64,000 nt of DNA. It comes from Botryllus schlosseri. Taxonomy: Eukaryota. Made by a program: the position numbers and the translations under genes. Of the stretch, positions 13,866 through 26,357 are shown piece by piece. The first letter of the stretch is position 1. Each line of letters starts with the position of its first letter. The stretch covers positions 23,746,001 through 23,810,000 of the forward strand of contig CM119380.1 of assembly GCA_051294905.1 (NCBI GenBank), written 5' to 3'. The notes under the pieces are model-generated. The model ran no database searches. It was not told the DNA's origin and saw only the letters and a list, made by a program, of their open reading frames with translations.

Positions 13866-15236
13866 ATGATGCCTCGACCAGTGCGGGAAGCGTATGGTGA
13901 TCAGAAGCCGCCATTTTCCTACATCGCTCTGACAGCGATGGCGATTCAATCGTCACCGGACAGAATGATGAGTCTGTCGGATATCTACAAGTACATCATG
14001 GACCATTTTCCGTTCTACCGAAACAACACGCAAAGGTGGCAAAATTCGCTGCGACACAACTTGTCGTTCAACGACTGCTTTCTGAAAGTGCCGCGTCGCT
14101 CGGATAGGCCCGGCAAAGGCAGTTTGTGGACGTTACACCCGACTTGCGGGAAAATGTTTGAAAACGGCAGCTTTCTACGGAGGCGCAAACGGTTCAAGGC
14201 GGGCGCGGAAGGCAAAGACAGCCTAAAATCTCAGCCTGATTTAATGTACGCTCCAAATCATCGGGCACGTCCTTACCAGACAGCCAGCGATCCAGAGCTG
14301 ACGCGAATCGGACAATACGCGTCGCATCAAGAAATGCCGTCTGTGACGCAACATAATCTCGCGCAGGCGCAGCTCGCTACGTGGATGCAATCACAATGGC
14401 TACAGCCCAGCCTCCCTCTACCGACGACACCTTTACAAGACGCCGGTTTGAACGATCCGCACGCTCTTGCCGCCGCTGTGCAAATCAGGAAAACGTTCGC
14501 GGACTATCACGCCGCCTTAGCCTCGATGTTACAAAACGGATTGCCACCCAGGCTGCCGTACATGGCTCCGTTTTCGCCAATAGCATCATTGCCTCATATT
14601 AACGCGCTGAACTCACTAAACTCACTGTCAAATCAGTCGCAGGCAGGCTTGCATGCTGCGTCGAACATAAACCTTGTCAACGGCTTTTGTAAAGCTGAAA
14701 CTCGGCATGAAAGTAACGAACGAGAATCATCTTCAAGCGGTGGCAAAGTGTCTTTTTCAATCGATAACATAATGTCCGGATCATTCTCGAAAAGTTACAC
14801 GTCTTCAGAGGAAGGTGTCGCTTATCCGGAGTTACCAAAAAGCCCGGATTCGGCGCAATCATCACCCGCGCCTAGCCACGAATCTCAAACTGTAGAAGAA
14901 TGTGCCGGGAAATCACCGGCGGCTACACATGACTGCCAAAAAGACGCGTCGATTAGCCGGTGTCCGACTGATAACATTGACGCCTTGCGAGATTTGTACC
15001 AATTCACCGCCCGTGCTTGTGGGGCTCTGTCGGCGGGCTGCGTTCGCTCTTGTCAGGCATCGCGATCCGAATCAGATATTGCCGGGAGAACCGGTAATCA
15101 GTCGGCGGGACACGGTGATATGGTCAATGCAAAATCGATGTCTATTCAGTCAGACGAAGAAAATTACCGTGCTGAGGAAGAGCCATCCCGCAAACATTCC
15201 ATTTACAAAAAAGGTTCTGCACTACTTCTTGCTTAG
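13866..15236 (+). CDS. FoxB: Forkhead box B transcription factor, single-exon ORF, 456 aa
   Basis: The N-terminus [30 protein letters not shown]...[21 protein letters not shown]...[15 protein letters not shown] matches the FoxB subclass, which starts MPRP..YSDQKPPYSY. An eh1 motif FSIDNIM lies at 14754-14774. The ORF is uninterrupted to a TAG stop. Confidence 0.95.
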   Translation: MMPRPVREAYGDQKPPFSYIALTAMAIQSSPDRMMSLSDIYKYIMDHFPFYRNNTQRWQNSLRHNLSFNDCFLKVPRRSDRPGKGSLWTLHPTCGKMFENGSFLRRRKRFKAGAEGKDSLKSQPDLMYAPNHRARPYQTASDPELTRIGQYASHQEMPSVTQHNLAQAQLATWMQSQWLQPSLPLPTTPLQDAGLNDPHALAAAVQIRKTFADYHAALASMLQNGLPPRLPYMAPFSPIASLPHINALNSLNSLSNQSQAGLHAASNINLVNGFCKAETRHESNERESSSSGGKVSFSIDNIMSGSFSKSYTSSEEGVAYPELPKSPDSAQSSPAPSHESQTVEECAGKSPAATHDCQKDASISRCPTDNIDALRDLYQFTARACGALSAGCVRSCQASRSESDIAGRTGNQSAGHGDMVNAKSMSIQSDEENYRAEEEPSRKHSIYKKGSALLLA

Positions 15237-16649
15237 TTCTAATTTCTTATTCTTTATTGTCAATGTGCTTTTGTGCTAGTATACCGAAATTGCAATATCC
15301 CGTTCATTTGATTGCAAGTGTGCGCCATGCGTTCAATGGTTGCGATTAGCCAGCAAATAAATTATTTCGTTTTGAACTGGTGTGTGTTAGCACAGATTAC
15401 GGTTCAGCGTCCCTGAGATTTAGATCTAGATGAGATTGACTCTAGGTTTCGAAAACATCGAGAGTATATAATCAAGTCTCAAAAATGGTCAAATTCACTT
15501 CCGAATCATGATAGTATACGCGTGTCGTCGGTGACGGGGAGGACGGCGTGTTCAAAAAGATATCTAGAATAGGATTATAATTACTGTTGTAAACTGAAAT
15601 CCAATTCTCGCTTGGCTCATAACCCCAATTTGAAAGATCTCAAATTTATTTTAACAACGTTGGTTATCAAACTAAAGCGATAAATAATGTGAGATCCCAC
15701 TTACATATCCACTCCATATCCGCACCGGGTTCAGTTGATTCCCTAGTCGCGCAGTATATATAAATATATGATTGTATTTAAAACCAAAATCAATTTGAAA
15801 CAAACATGTTTTTTTTAACCATGTCGTCACTAATCCTTATTTGTGATGTCACAATGGATTGACATTGTTTTGTGGCTCAGTAAGAAATTTACAACAGAAA
15901 ATATCGGACCAATATGGCTCCTTTGACGGTTTGAGGTATTCTGTATTAACCGGAACAGAACCAGAACTACATCGTCATGCATCATTTTTTACGATCAGCG
16001 ATCATCATCATCATATATTCCGTTCCAGTGATATGTATATAACTATACGTGCTAGAACTCAAGTCTCGATTTTTCGTTGACTTGACTCGCGTCATTTTGC
16101 AAAGTATGGAAAATGACACGACTCGACCTGAGGCAATTTATGTATTGACTCACCTTGCTGTACTCCAGCCATTGCGCATGACTCGAGACTAGGACGGCCA
16201 AGACAGGCATTTCGTTGTAGCTTCGTGAAATAGCAATCTATACTACATTATTCGTATTTCGTCTATCATTACTGGTGTTTGTAAAACAGGGCCAGAAACT
16301 GTGCAAAGTGAGGGAAATTAGTATATATGAATGCGTGGCATTCAATATCACCCGAACAGAGTTGAAAAGAGTGAGTTGACCAGGATTGAACTCGAAAATG
16401 AATAATGAATGCAATGACTTGGACTCGGACTCGAGTCACAATATTGTGATTAAGACTCGAACGTTTGAACGCTGAATTGGACTCGGACTTGCCTCGGCGG
16501 TGAATTGAAAATGACTCGACTTTACCCGAGTCAAAACTAGAAAAGTAAAATTAACTTTGTGACTCGGGATCTTTTGACTTGATTACAATCGTTGAACCGA
16601 TCATTCCGTATCGACTACGTCTACTATTAATAGTACAAGTAGTCCGTAG

Positions 16650-17608
16650 TAGGGATGGTGTGAACCTCTGAAAGGTTCAGGTTCGTGTGAACGTGAACCT
16701 TTTTGAAAGGTTCTGTGTGAACACGAACGTGAACCTCATGACGTCACGTGACGTCATATTGCTAATTTCAACCCCATATTTCAATTAAGTGATTGCCTAT
16801 ATTAATCTACTGTACACGATACCGAGCGACGACTCGGGGCCACATAATAGCTCAGTACTTGAGTACATATTGACGTTTTAAACGTCGCCAAATGTATCAA
16901 CTGAGGCAATCAAATGATATAATAATCCTATAAAATCAGTATCTTACGTCGCTTTGCCAACAATTTCGACCTGATCGGACAATGTATTCGGCGTCTGAGT
17001 ATTGCCACATGGATATTGAGCAGAGTGTAAAATGGGTTTCTATACTTGCTACCGACATTACCCCATTAACAAGTTATACAGCAGTATAGCCAATACCCCA
17101 GTCGCACGGATTTGGTTTTTATGATACAGTATACGTATGTAGTCAAGATTGACCCCGTACGCCTGCTAGATTTTTACATCAGAAGACGATATCAATCTCA
17201 TTGATTGGTTGAATAAGGATCATTCGCTGACAAAATACAGTGTATTTCGCTCTTAATGTCATGTGATTGCGGGTCAAGCTCACAGCACAGAGACACTAAA
17301 TATGCACAAACGGAAAGCTGGATATTTCGAGCAAACTTTTGTAACAATACAAGTAAATTTTTTGAGATTGTCAAGGGCATGCTCGTTTAGTGTTGAATGT
17401 TTATGCTGCTAGCTCCATGCATAGAGTGACCCGCAGTTGAAAGTCAATAAATTTGAACCAAAGATGTTATAACGAAGTGAAAATTGCAATATATGAAAAA
17501 GGTTCACAGTGCAGAACCTACCAAGGTTCTGTTGTGAACCCGAACCTCAAATTTTCCGAGGTTCACACACAGAACGCGAACGTGAACCTCGCGTTCACAC
17601 CATCCCTA
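16650..17608. mobile_element. hAT-type MITE (TAGGGATGGTGTGAAC TIR)
   Basis: Perfect TIRs and an 8-bp TSD GTCCGTAG (16642-16649, 17609-17616). Confidence 0.9.
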
Positions 17609-17727
17609 GTCCGTAGGGTCACACTACATGTATTTTCGAAAATATTTACACAATTATGGGAAAATTATGGGAAAATTCTTTTGAAATGGCATTTGTTTAA
17701 AACACTGTTTAAAACATGCATTTATAC

Positions 17728-18025
17728 CAATGGTTCTCAACCTGGGGGGCGTGAAAGCATCTGAAGGGGGCGCGAAGAAGCGGTCAACTGAAAAATATTT
17801 TCGCGCTCTGCGCGATTTACCTCCAATTCACGCGTGTTTCTCTATATATAGACCTAATTTCATATTTTTAATTATCTCATCAACATCATAACCTTCCATG
17901 TCATCAAACAATATGTTGGGGTTGCTAGCATCCCAGTCGGATTTTGTGATATGACGATAAGGGGGGCGCGAAATTTTTCACTATCATAAAGGGGGGCGTG
18001 TCTAAAAAAAGGTTGAGAACCACCG
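17728..18025. mobile_element. Charlie-like hAT MITE nested in a TAGGGT..TGCAACCCTA MITE
   Basis: TIR CAATGGTTCTCAACC / GGTTGAGAACCACCG and TSD ATTTATAC / ATTTAAAC. Confidence 0.8.
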
Positions 18026-19227
18026 ATTTAAACCAACTGCTTTAAAACACCTTTTCTGTTAATTGCAACCCTAACTATCATATACGATATTTGTGTTGAA
18101 ATTTGGGACTTTGAAGTTATTTTCCAAATCAAATTTATAGTATTCTGGCACGAATTAATTGCCCTCATGCATTAATTTATTTACACATACGCCAGTATAT
18201 GACGCTTTATCTTCAACAGTTTTATCAGTATGGGCCTAGCGAATAGGGACTGTTGCATGTTGCTGTAAGTTTTCAATTTGGAACATTGTGAATAGTGAAG
18301 CAATCCACTGTGAGGTCATAACTCTACCGGGACTTATACAGTCACCTGTCTACCAGCCTTTCACTGAATATAGTGTGCTTTTGCCGTCTGTATACACATA
18401 AAATACAGCAGCATAGAAATATTGAGCTTCGCAGCTGATGTGGGTATTCGAGTCCGTAAGGAATGTTGCGTGAAAGTGTATGCGACCGTACGTATAGGCT
18501 ATACTCGTTTCCGCCCCGTGAATTGTTTTTTCGATCTAGATTTCCGCGTCAGGTAGCCAAGGTATCCAAGTTATCTTGTTGATATCTCCTGTCTTGGCAT
18601 AACATTATGGCGTATCAATAGCGACTTCCCAGTGAGTGTTCGGTCCGAACGGACGCACCTGCATCGGGTTCTTCTATACATACTTTACCGAGTTGAGTTA
18701 TATACAGTCTGTGCAAACTCAAATTATTCGGGTGGAAAGCTAGGATGTCAGGTCTTTGCGTGTAAGGAAATGGGAAATGACGCTGAACCGTGTTGATATC
18801 AATTGAAAATATACGGAGATTTGATTGGTTTCGCTTACGCACGTAGAGTGTACTTAATATATATTTCTATTATTACATTACAAAATATGTATCGATATAA
18901 TTTTCATTATAAATTTGTCTGATCTGAGATGGAAGATCTGACAATCGTTGAACTCTACAAAGCCCTTGTGCACCTAAGATTGTTTTGACTCGCTCGTCGC
19001 ATTCTAATCATTACGAGTTGTAGAATCGATATCATTTGCTATGCTATGTTTTCGTTCTGAGGGGAACATGCGTCATGCCATCTTGTCAATAGTTCATGAA
19101 TACTAATTCATATATATTCGAGATCTCGAGAATAGTTGAACTTAAGCACACATGCTCAATAACCACAAAACTGTGCCAAACATGCTGGCAAATTTTGAGT
19201 GTATCCAAGTCGTACATTAATTACTAT

Positions 19228-19787
19228 TAGGGCAAGTTTTTGCAACTTTTGCAACTTTTTTTACAGCTTCCTAAATACTCGGAAGTTATGTAGTGTGGTG
19301 TTTTAAGCGGTTTGGAGGAATCTTATAACGCAACTTTTAACAACTTTTCTCCGTTTTTTTTTCATGCAAGCTTTTGCAGCTTTTTTCGATTTTCCATGAA
19401 ACTTTTTGTAATTTTCAGTTGCATTTTCATGCAACTAACTTTTTACTTGAAATATTTGATACCATATCTAAATAGATCGCTTGATTATTTCACTGTCGTT
19501 TAAATTTGAGGTCCTTTCTGATTTGACGTACCGAAAATTATATTTTCACTGGATCAATTTTTTCAGGCTATAGATTTTGTTGAAGTCCCCAACATTGAGT
19601 TTTGCTACAGTGCTTTGGATACGGATCAATTCTTGTATCTCATACCCTAATAATTTCAAGGAACTTGTCCATAAATGTAACTTTTTAGTGCAACTTTTGT
19701 GAAAAAGAAATGCTACTTTTTACTGCAACTTTTGTGAAAAGTCAGTGTAACTTTCCACGTATTTGACTGCAACAAAAACTTGCCCTA
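19228..19787. mobile_element. MITE with a perfect 15-bp TIR (TAGGGCAAGTTTTTG) and GCAACTTTT repeats
   Basis: TIRs are visible; TSD not matched. Confidence 0.7.
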
Positions 19788-22700
19788 CTTATTACAATCA
19801 AACACACAGTAATGTGTCGCCAATATGATTTCACATCGAAAAACTAAACATTATGCATTGCAATTTGAGTCCGATAATTTAGGTTCCACGGCAAGGGATA
19901 GTTCTGTTAACATGAGCATGTCACAAACGCGTTTCTATCTGATCTTGTAATGCTTGACAAAAACTATCTTCCAAGTAAATATATTTCAAGTACATAAAAG
20001 AGATATGCATGACTTCGTGTATTTACCACCCCACGTATAGCTACACACCAGGAGAAATTGAATCTGAAAACATATCGACCACCCGCCATTACCGTTACCT
20101 TGCCCCCAGTGATTCCAAATTAAAGATATATCTTGTATCACGCGTAAGCTTCACCCAAAACACGCCACCCTATTTTGCCCGCATCCCTGAAACAGTATCC
20201 TCCTTCACACATACGCGCGAAGACCTTCATGTTTGTCGGTAGCGAGCGTGTCTTTGAACACAGGTGACATGATCGCAAATATTTGTGGAGTCAATTTCAA
20301 CTTCGCAATTTATGAGATGAGATGAAGTCGGGTTCATGATTTGGGTTACTTCACTAAAGTAGTTTAGGTTTCCCTTGCAGAATCCGCGTTTCATATTTTA
20401 ACGAAACGTGTGAGATACGTCAATATTCTCCCGAATGAAATGTGCTTGAAACAGTATTATGTTGGGTTATCGACAAATCATCAATCATAGCAATGTCTCA
20501 TGCACTTGGGTGATTTGGTGGCATATGCCCAAAAGTATTCGCTCTGCAGTCCTACAGTATATATCCTACGGTGAACACAGATGTACCGCAATGTAATTGG
20601 TACGTATGTGAATACACGTGTGCTGTCCGTTTGGGTATAAAATCACCCAAACTTGGCTTAGATTTATATGCAATACTGGTATGAGCGTATGACCATGACC
20701 TATATTGCCCAGCCTTCTTAGGTTATTCGTTTAAGCGTTGACATTGTCTAACTAATAATATATTTAAAAATATTATGGCAATTATGATCTCGGTAGACCG
20801 CCGGAAGATTATTATTCAGTATCCAGGGGTCACGATTAGTATATACTTGACGTCATTAAATACCATTATAGCCTAATCAATGATTCCCAAATAATATTCA
20901 GCTAATTACGCAGCTTTTATAGTTGTAACAATTGTTTATAGCTCCATGTACGTCTGGTGAAGGCTTACAACAGTTATGCATGACGCTATATACTGTAGGT
21001 AAATGCAGATATCTCCATTTTTCGTAATGGATTGCTATATTTGCTCGTATACTATCGCGGATGTGTAAAATATCAATATTTAGCGGTAAACACGACCGCG
21101 TTAAGATGCTACTCCTTTTACTATATGCTGGATTAGTTCTTCCACCGTAGACATTATCCATCGTGGAACAATCATGCGAGTTGAATTCTAAAGAATCATA
21201 CCAATGTTGCGTTATACCATCATTCACTACGAATATGCATGAAATAAAAGGTTTAAAAAGAGGTTAAAATGCGATTTGTCGCTTTACTCATAGTTGCCAA
21301 TCACACGACAAAGCTTTCCTAAACAACTACATTTACATTTTCTGACAGGCATAATTTCAAATAGATTATTGTCTTGTAAGAGTTTCACATGTTGCCAGAG
21401 TCCTTGTAATTATTTCACCTGACAATCGATGTAAATATTGCCATAAACAATTTTCTTCCTTTTCGGATTGAAAAATTTGAAGTTACTAATTTTCATTTCG
21501 AAAACAGCCATTCTATAGAAAAAAACTCGCAGAGGGCGTATAGTTCAAGCAATGACAACCGCTCACTTACCTATACTTCCACATTTTCCATGTGACCAGG
21601 TATGTTTTTTTTCTGCCTAAATTACTGATTTGCTTTGAAATACATGCTGTTATTATTCGAGACCATTGCGACATGTATATTCTGTCATGAGATTACGAAT
21701 CCAAAATAGTCATATCGCGCCCACCAAAATCTTGTGATTAAATAGCGAGCGTATATTATGGATTAAAATGACTAAGTATGCACAATTTACACATATATAT
21801 GCGAATAGACAACCAGTGTATCAATCAGGCTGTAAAACGATTCGCGCTTGTGTTGATAGTACTTAATACATATCGCCACCCATGACGAAGTGAATTTTAG
21901 AGACGAGATAAATATAATTTCGTTTGGAGAAGCCGACGGAACGTATACCAATTTAAATATTAATACCAGATAAGCAGCGATACAGTGACTACCAACGGTG
22001 AATCTCTACCATGGTGTTTTGATTCCATCGACTACGGTCGTTGCTACTGGAATGAAAGCCCGCACACAGAAAAACCCCAGGGGTCGCGATTCCTCGCGAT
22101 CGGTATGTTTGATGCCGGCAACTATTTGTTATTAAGAATGATATACACGACTTAATTCGTCTCACTGAATTCGTAAATGTTTTTAAAGCAAATCACTATT
22201 CCATGGTCGTGTGTGAACGTTGTGATTGAAATAATCTGATTCAATAGTCTGCTGAGGCAGTGCTCCACAGGGGCCTACGAGATCGTAGGAATATCGTATA
22301 GGCCCCGGCTGCACAAATAGTGTTTAACGGCGAGACTTTTCAATTTGGTTCACCCAGGTAAAGTGAATTTGTGAATATATAATATGCATCGCATATATGT
22401 AGGTTAATAAGACCAAGCGTTGGATTTTGCTGCATTGTTAAATAAGGACAATATGCTGATTCAGATATTTTGTTGAGGGGATGGGGTCACTATAAGTTTC
22501 CCCGAACCGCCCTTGAATAGGAATATAAATAACCACAGTGGAGAGAACAATGCGCTGTCGACGCCGCGTGTCAATTGTTTCGCAGCAATCCGGGTAAACT
22601 CAGATAGTCAGAGTTGAGCAGTGTTATATTGTTCATACCTTTTTTTTATTGTTTTATGTGCCAAGATTAGCACTACTTTGTGCAGGATAGTAACAACTGT

Positions 22701-23700
22701 TGATTGCATTTCGTGTAACAGTTCCTTCAAAATTATATGCTCAAAATTGTTCGATTGCTAAAGACCTCAAAGCTATTGATTTTGGATCGCGGCTAAAAGT
22801 ATTTGCGGAGCCCCGTGCTAATGCTACAATATAATTTGAAGCGTCAGCATAGCCATAAACTGTGTGCCAATTATTAACCCTGTAACCAGACAATGTCCGG
22901 GCACACAAATCTATTAGTACGGTATTTGAAAGCGTTGCAGGAGAATGAATGCATTTAAGACCACACTGTTCAAAGTCGGCCCATGTCACCGAGATTTCGA
23001 CAGGTTGCTGATTTATTCCTTTAGGTTTAGAGGACAAGACAAAGGACAAGGAAACTATAATAAGTAGCGTAAGGCAAATCAACAGAAATAGTGTACTGGG
23101 CAACTGAAAAGTTCGGTGTGTTTCTAAGGGATGGTGCGAACCTCTGAAAGGTTCTGTGTAAATGCGAACGTGAACCAATGCCATCACGTGACGTCATATT
23201 CCCAATTCCAACCCTATATTTCCGTAAAGTAATATATAAATACATGTATACATGATAACTAGCGACGACTCTGGCCACATTATGATGCCACATTTCTGAA
23301 GTACATGCTGACTTTACGTCACCTAATGTATCGACTGCAACAATGAAATGCTACATTAATTCCTCAAAATCAATATCTTCCATCGCTTTGCCGACGCAGT
23401 TTCAACGAGGACTCGGCTAGACTGGACTGATGTATTCTTAAGAGTGAAACATACTTTTATACTTGGGCCAAATATTAGCCTAAAATATGTTGTACAGTAA
23501 TAGCCAACACCTTAATCGGGTATCCAATAAGGATATCGAGTCAAGGCAGATCCCGTACGCCTGATAAATTTTTAGAATGAATATCAATGCTTTCTTTATA
23601 TCAATTTCGTTGATGTAATTAAATAATTGATTGGTTGACTAAGCACAATTCACCATCTTCCTATACAGTGTGTTTCGTTCTTGCTATTGCGTGTTTGCGG

Positions 23701-24659
23701 CAGAGATGAGCATGGATTAGGATTAGGTTTTCAAAAAACAGGATTTGTGAAATTTTGTCGGATTTTGATTGGATTTGGATTAGACATTTTTTTCAGAACG
23801 GATTAGGATTTGGATTGGATTTACCTATTTTCTGGGAGATTCATCATCATCATCATTGGTTTATTAGCAATTTTATCAGTTCAATACACCACAAAAAATG
23901 CGATACAATGAATAGACAGGAAGATGTCGAAGCGACTTGGATTTGTCAATGGAATCGGACACCCACCTTGGCCTAGGCGTAGTAAAGAGGAGAGAGAGAG
24001 AGAGAGAGAATCTTTATTCGTATACATTACATATCAACATAACACTACAAAAAATGTAACAATGAAATGCGACATGCAAGGTAGACGGGAGGCTCGATAT
24101 GACATGCATGGCATGCACACTGAATGAAAGTAAAGAATACAGTATAGAAAAAGAAAGCGACAAGAAATAGGGCGGCATGTCATGGGAAGCGAGATCGATA
24201 GGTCAGTCGTGGTCCGGTAATCTTGAGGATGGACTGTATTTATTTAGTAGTAATTCCTTGTATTTCGACTTGAATGTGGACATGCTCGTCGACTGTCGGA
24301 TGGCCGGCGGGATACTGTTCCACACATCAGGTCCGGCATATTTGATGGAGCGATGATCGATTGAGCGATGATTGAAATGTCGTGTGGCGAATGGCGACAA
24401 ACTTTATTCAGATCAGTTAATAATGTACTTATGGTTATTGAGTTATTTTGAATAAAGTGAATCGTTGGTTGTGAAAGAAAATTTTCGAATCCCTCCATTG
24501 CATAAATTGGTATTTTTGCTGAATTTCCAGTTGGAATCGGATTAGGATTGGACATGGACTTGAATATGAAAAAGTTATGGATTTGGATTTGGATTTAGAT
24601 TTGAAGGTTCGGATTTGGATTGGATTAGGACATAGAAATTTCAAATCCGCTCATCTCTG
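23701..24659. mobile_element. hAT-type MITE (CAGAGATGAGC TIR, GGATTT-rich subterminal repeats)
   Basis: TIR CAGAGATGAGC / GCTCATCTCTG and an 8-bp TSD GTTTGCGG (23693-23700, 24660-24667). Confidence 0.9.
23990..24410 (-). mobile_element. 5'-truncated LINE 3' end (CR1/L2-like)
   Basis: The ORF 24203-24400 encodes RSIKYAGPDVWNSIPPAIRQSTSMSTFKSKYKELLL, a typical ORF2 C-terminus. It is followed by a 3' UTR, AATAAA (24013-24018 on -) and a (CT)n tail. Confidence 0.8.
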
Positions 24660-25264
24660 GTTTGCGGGCAAAGCTCACAGCAGAGATTTACTAAAGATTC
24701 ACAAACGGAAAGCTGAATATTCCGAGCAAACTTTCGCTCAAATAGGCCTACGTATTAAAATTGGCAAGGTGCATTCTCGTTTAGTGCTGAGTTTCTTTTC
24801 ATGCTGCCAGCGCCTTGCGGAGAGTGGTCCGAAGTTCAAAAGCAAAGATTTTCATCCAAATTCACGTTTTCATGACGTGAAAAATTGTACTACATAAAAA
24901 TGTTCACAGTGCAGAACCTATACCAAGGTTCGTTTGTGAACGCGAACCTCGAAAATTTCTGAGGTTCACACACAGAACGTGGCTCAAATTCTGGACACTC
25001 TTTACCGCCCACTAGTGGATTTCAAAGTGAGGTATGTGCACATTGTCTGCCACTATGACGTCACACTAGCAAAGCTTCGCCTATCGACCAGAGGTGATCA
25101 CGATCCGGTTCAGGAGTATGGGGTTGTGTGTTGTACATATCGTACATCGTTAAGTCATGTTCATGTCACACCGATAACATTTTTATCAGCCTAACGCCGG
25201 TGCGCACCACTGAGCTATACAAACACAACACATCCGGTGGTTTCCAACCTTTTATGGTCGCGAC

Positions 25265-25989
25265 TAGGGCTGGGCACAATGATTCGAGTACTCGAATCTG
25301 AATCGAGTATTAATTTTAATGATTCGAGTCGAGTAGTAAAATACGATTTTTCCGAGTACTGAAATTATACTCTCCTCGCCACTGAAAGCTAAGTTATCGA
25401 CGAGAATTATAGTTTCGATACTAATTTTCACTGCTGAAGCCTGGGAGCCTCTATTGGCCGTATCGTAGCATACGAAACATATAGTACAAAGCTACTAACG
25501 TGTCGTAAACTGACTATTGCGTTGAATAACTAACTGAAGCTTTATTAAAGCAAAGGTAACCAATGTGGCTTTAAGCAACATAGAACACAACTGACAGCAG
25601 AACAGAAGAGAATAGAAAGACACGAGAACGATAAGGCGACACTGTACTGTACAACGTAACTAATCAGGTGAAAGTAATTATTGCCTAATCGCGGATTACC
25701 ACATAACGTTACTAGAAATAACCCAGTTCCGAAGTCATGATCATCCCACAACTTTGTCACCAAGTGCAATGAAATCGGCATGGTCGAAAAAATACCAAAA
25801 TCTCTTTAATGTGATGGATAACAGGAATTATAGTCTTTGTGGTCGCATAAAAGGTACCGATTTGAAATTCGACATATTTCATTCTGTTGTGACGTCATAA
25901 TGGGTGATACTCGATTACTCGACTCGACTCGAAGCATTTCACGTGATTCAGAATCGAATCACTCAGGTACTCGATTTTGCCCAGCCCTA
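25265..25989. mobile_element. hAT-type MITE (TAGGGCTGGGCA TIR) hosting the solo LTR, itself inserted in a Charlie-like element starting at ~25235
   Basis: TIRs plus an 8-bp TSD GTCGCGAC (25257-25264, 25990-25997). Confidence 0.88.
25501..25703 (-). mobile_element. Solo LTR of the same Gypsy family
   Basis: 203 bp, visually identical to 30163-30365, flanked on both sides by the 5-bp TSD TAACG (25496-25500 and 25704-25708). Confidence 0.92.
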
Positions 25990-26357
25990 GTCGCGACTCC
26001 ATTTCCGATTTTAAAATGTTCCGTGGCGCAGCACAAAATTTGATAATCGGATTACTAAAAAATGGTCAGCACCTTTGCTCAGACATGCTCGCGGTCTATT
26101 TTGGAAGTTGATTACGTTCATCATCTTCGTGAACAGCAGAATAAAGGCAAAAGGCCCCCAAGCTTAGAATCACTATCTTTGGATGAATTAAACGGCCTCG
26201 GCTGACTCTAGGAATGCCCCGTTCTCCTATAATTGCGATAACAATTATACTTATTTCAGATAGTGAAGGCTATTTTTATCTATGTTTGATTGCAGTTTTT
26301 GCGAGGGCGGTCGTCCCCATATTAAAATAATCAATATGTGTGATACTAAATCGCGCG
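25704..26357 (+). repeat. ~650-bp segment duplicated downstream as 30366-30515 plus 37150-37660
   Basis: Near-identical; only about two substitutions noticed by eye. Confidence 0.92.

Larger units (their letters stand above)
23126..24980. mobile_element. Second, diverged copy of the 16650-17608 MITE, interrupted by a nested insertion and lacking the right TIR
   Basis: Colinear homology to 16650-17590 on both sides of the insert at 23701-24659. Confidence 0.8.
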
